From the NCBI GenBank assembly GCA_965178125.1, contig OZ237772.1, positions 558,001-595,439 on the forward strand: 37,439 nt of DNA, read 5' to 3'. Of the stretch, positions 35,891 through 37,439 are shown in pieces. Under the pieces are notes generated by a model. That model ran no database searches, had not been told where the DNA came from, and saw nothing but the letters and a program-made list of their open reading frames with translations. A program made the translations under genes and the position numbers. This stretch comes from Bilabrum cf. latius (Eukaryota). Positions within the stretch are counted from its first letter, which is position 1, and each line of letters opens with the position of its first letter.

Positions 35891-36649
35891 TCACTCGTCA
35901 TCGGAGGAGGGTTCCGCACCGACAGCTGCCAGGAGCGCCTCCACAGCGTCCACGTCTGCCGCATTGAGATCTCCTTCCGCCGTCTTCTCGAGGGCCGTCA
36001 TCAGGTCTGCGAGCATGCCCAATCCCTGGTCCCTCTCTTGAATTGTTTCCTGCACGTCCTCGACCATGTCGTCGAGAGTCCGGCTGACGCCCAGCGCGGT
36101 GTCATCGCAGGCAGCGAGGATGCGGTCCACCAGGTGCCGCTGCTAGTCGGTGAAGCCATTGTCCTCCACTCCACCGTCGTTCTCAGAGTCGTCTTGCTGG
36201 TTCTGGGCCTCGTTCTCTTCTTCCTCATCCAGCTCGTCCCCATCCTCCTCGTCCTGCTGCATGAGCCCTATCGGAGCTTCATCCTCGTCCTGCTCTCTGG
36301 CTGCGTCTGCGTCGTACCGACCACGGATCTCCTCTTCATCTTCGTCAGAGTCCTGTCGAGGCAGTGATGCTGCTGCTCCACTCCTTGCGCCACTTGCTCC
36401 CCTCTTCTCCTGGTCATCGGCGCGGCGAGCTCCTCCGCCATAGCCCGGCTGGAGGACGGACGTTCGTTCGGGCTGCCTCTTAGCCCTAGGCGCGGCTCCA
36501 GCCGCCTTCCGGCCCTTCGGTTCTGGCGGTTGGGTACCCACATCCCTCGACTTGCTCTTGGACTTGCCCTTGGGCTTGCCCGTCGACTTTCCCGCAGCCT
36601 TTGCCCGAGCCTCGGCCTTGGCCTTAGCCTTTTCCCTCGCCTTGGCTTC
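35891..36649 (-). pseudogene. 5'-truncated ORF1 fragment (last ~250 codons)
   Basis: EAKAREKAKAKAEARAK...QPGYGGGA...FTD*QRHLVDRIL...; open frame apart from TAG 36145-36143. Confidence 0.85.
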
Positions 36650-37439
36650 GGGTTAGGGTTAGGTTAGGGTTTTAGGTTAGGGTTAGGGTTAGGGTTAGGG
36701 TTAGGGTTAGGGTTAGGGTTAGGGTTAGGGTTAGGGTTAGGGTTAGGGTTAGGGTTAGGGTTAGGGTTAGGGTTAGGGTTAGGGTTAGGGTTAGGGTTAG
36801 GGTTAGGGTTAGGGTTAGGGTTAGGGTTAGGGTTAGGGTTAGGGTTAGGGTTAGGGTTAGGGTTAGGGTTAGGGTTAGGGTTAGGGTTAGGGTTAGGGTT
36901 AGGGTTAGGGTTAGGGTTAGGGTTAGGGTTAGGGTTAGGGTTAGGGTTAGGGTTAGGGTTAGGGTTAGGGTTAGGGTTAGGGTTAGGGTTAGGGTTAGGG
37001 TTAGGGTTAGGGTTAGGGTTAGGGTTAGGGTTAGGGTTAGGGTTAGGGTTAGGGTTAGGGTTAGGGTTAGGGTTAGGGTTAGGGTTAGGGTTAGGGTTAG
37101 GGTTAGGGTTAGGGTTAGGGTTAGGGTTAGGGTTAGGGTTAGGGTTAGGGTTAGGGTTAGGGTTAGGGTTAGGGTTAGGGTTAGGGTTAGGGTTAGGGTT
37201 AGGGTTAGGGTTAGGGTTAGGGTTAGGGTTAGGGTTAGGGTTAGGGTTAGGGTTAGGGTTAGGGTTAGGGTTAGGGTTAGGGTTAGGGTTAGGGTTAGGG
37301 TTAGGGTTAGGGTTAGGGTTAGGGTTAGGGTTAGGGTTAGGGTTAGGGTTAGGGTTAGGGTTAGGGTTAGGGTTAGGGTTAGGGTTAGGGTTAGGGTTAG
37401 GGTTAGGGTTAGGGTTAGGGTTAGGGTTAGGGTTAGGGT
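36650..37439 (+). repeat. Terminal telomeric tract (probable chromosome end)
   Basis: TTAGGG to the end of the window with the G-strand running 5'->3' outward; irregular first units. Confidence 0.95.

Larger units (their letters stand above)
34802..36649 (-). mobile_element. Telomere-inserted element D2, near-identical to D1 but truncated ~450 bp further upstream
   Basis: Colinear with D1 at a 2088-bp offset, with a few SNPs in the satellite units. Confidence 0.8.

Noticed and set aside
14384-37439. Poly-LG, VR, PN and TL ORFs and the short repeated ORFs in the 155/331-bp arrays
   Set aside because: Translations of telomeric or satellite DNA with no coding signature; frames are not conserved between variants.

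Overview
This is a eukaryotic (GC-rich, protist-like) chromosome end. Bases 1-14 kb hold four ordinary genes: a sterol O-acyltransferase (MBOAT), an unknown secreted protein, a large FG-GAP/mucin-stalk membrane protein and a GH16 glucanase, plus a small TIR-bounded element. These genes only read intact if TAG is a sense codon, most likely Gln. I counted 22 in-frame TAGs and no in-frame TAA or TGA in six ORFs, and the genes end in TGA or TAA, which points to a rare nuclear code where UAG is reassigned but UAA is not. From 14.67 kb to the end, seven (TTAGGG)n tracts are separated by six co-oriented inserts from two families. Every insert begins at the same junction, (TTAGGG)n-TATCT, followed by degenerate telomere hexamers and a 155-bp or 331-bp satellite. 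Four of the six carry coding sequence that is cut at the distal end and capped with irregular telomere repeats. This looks like a telomere-attached, polar, 5'-truncating mobile element array (Athena/Terminon/MoTeR/HeT-A-like logic). No reverse transcriptase is visible in the window and the encoded proteins are not recognisable to me.
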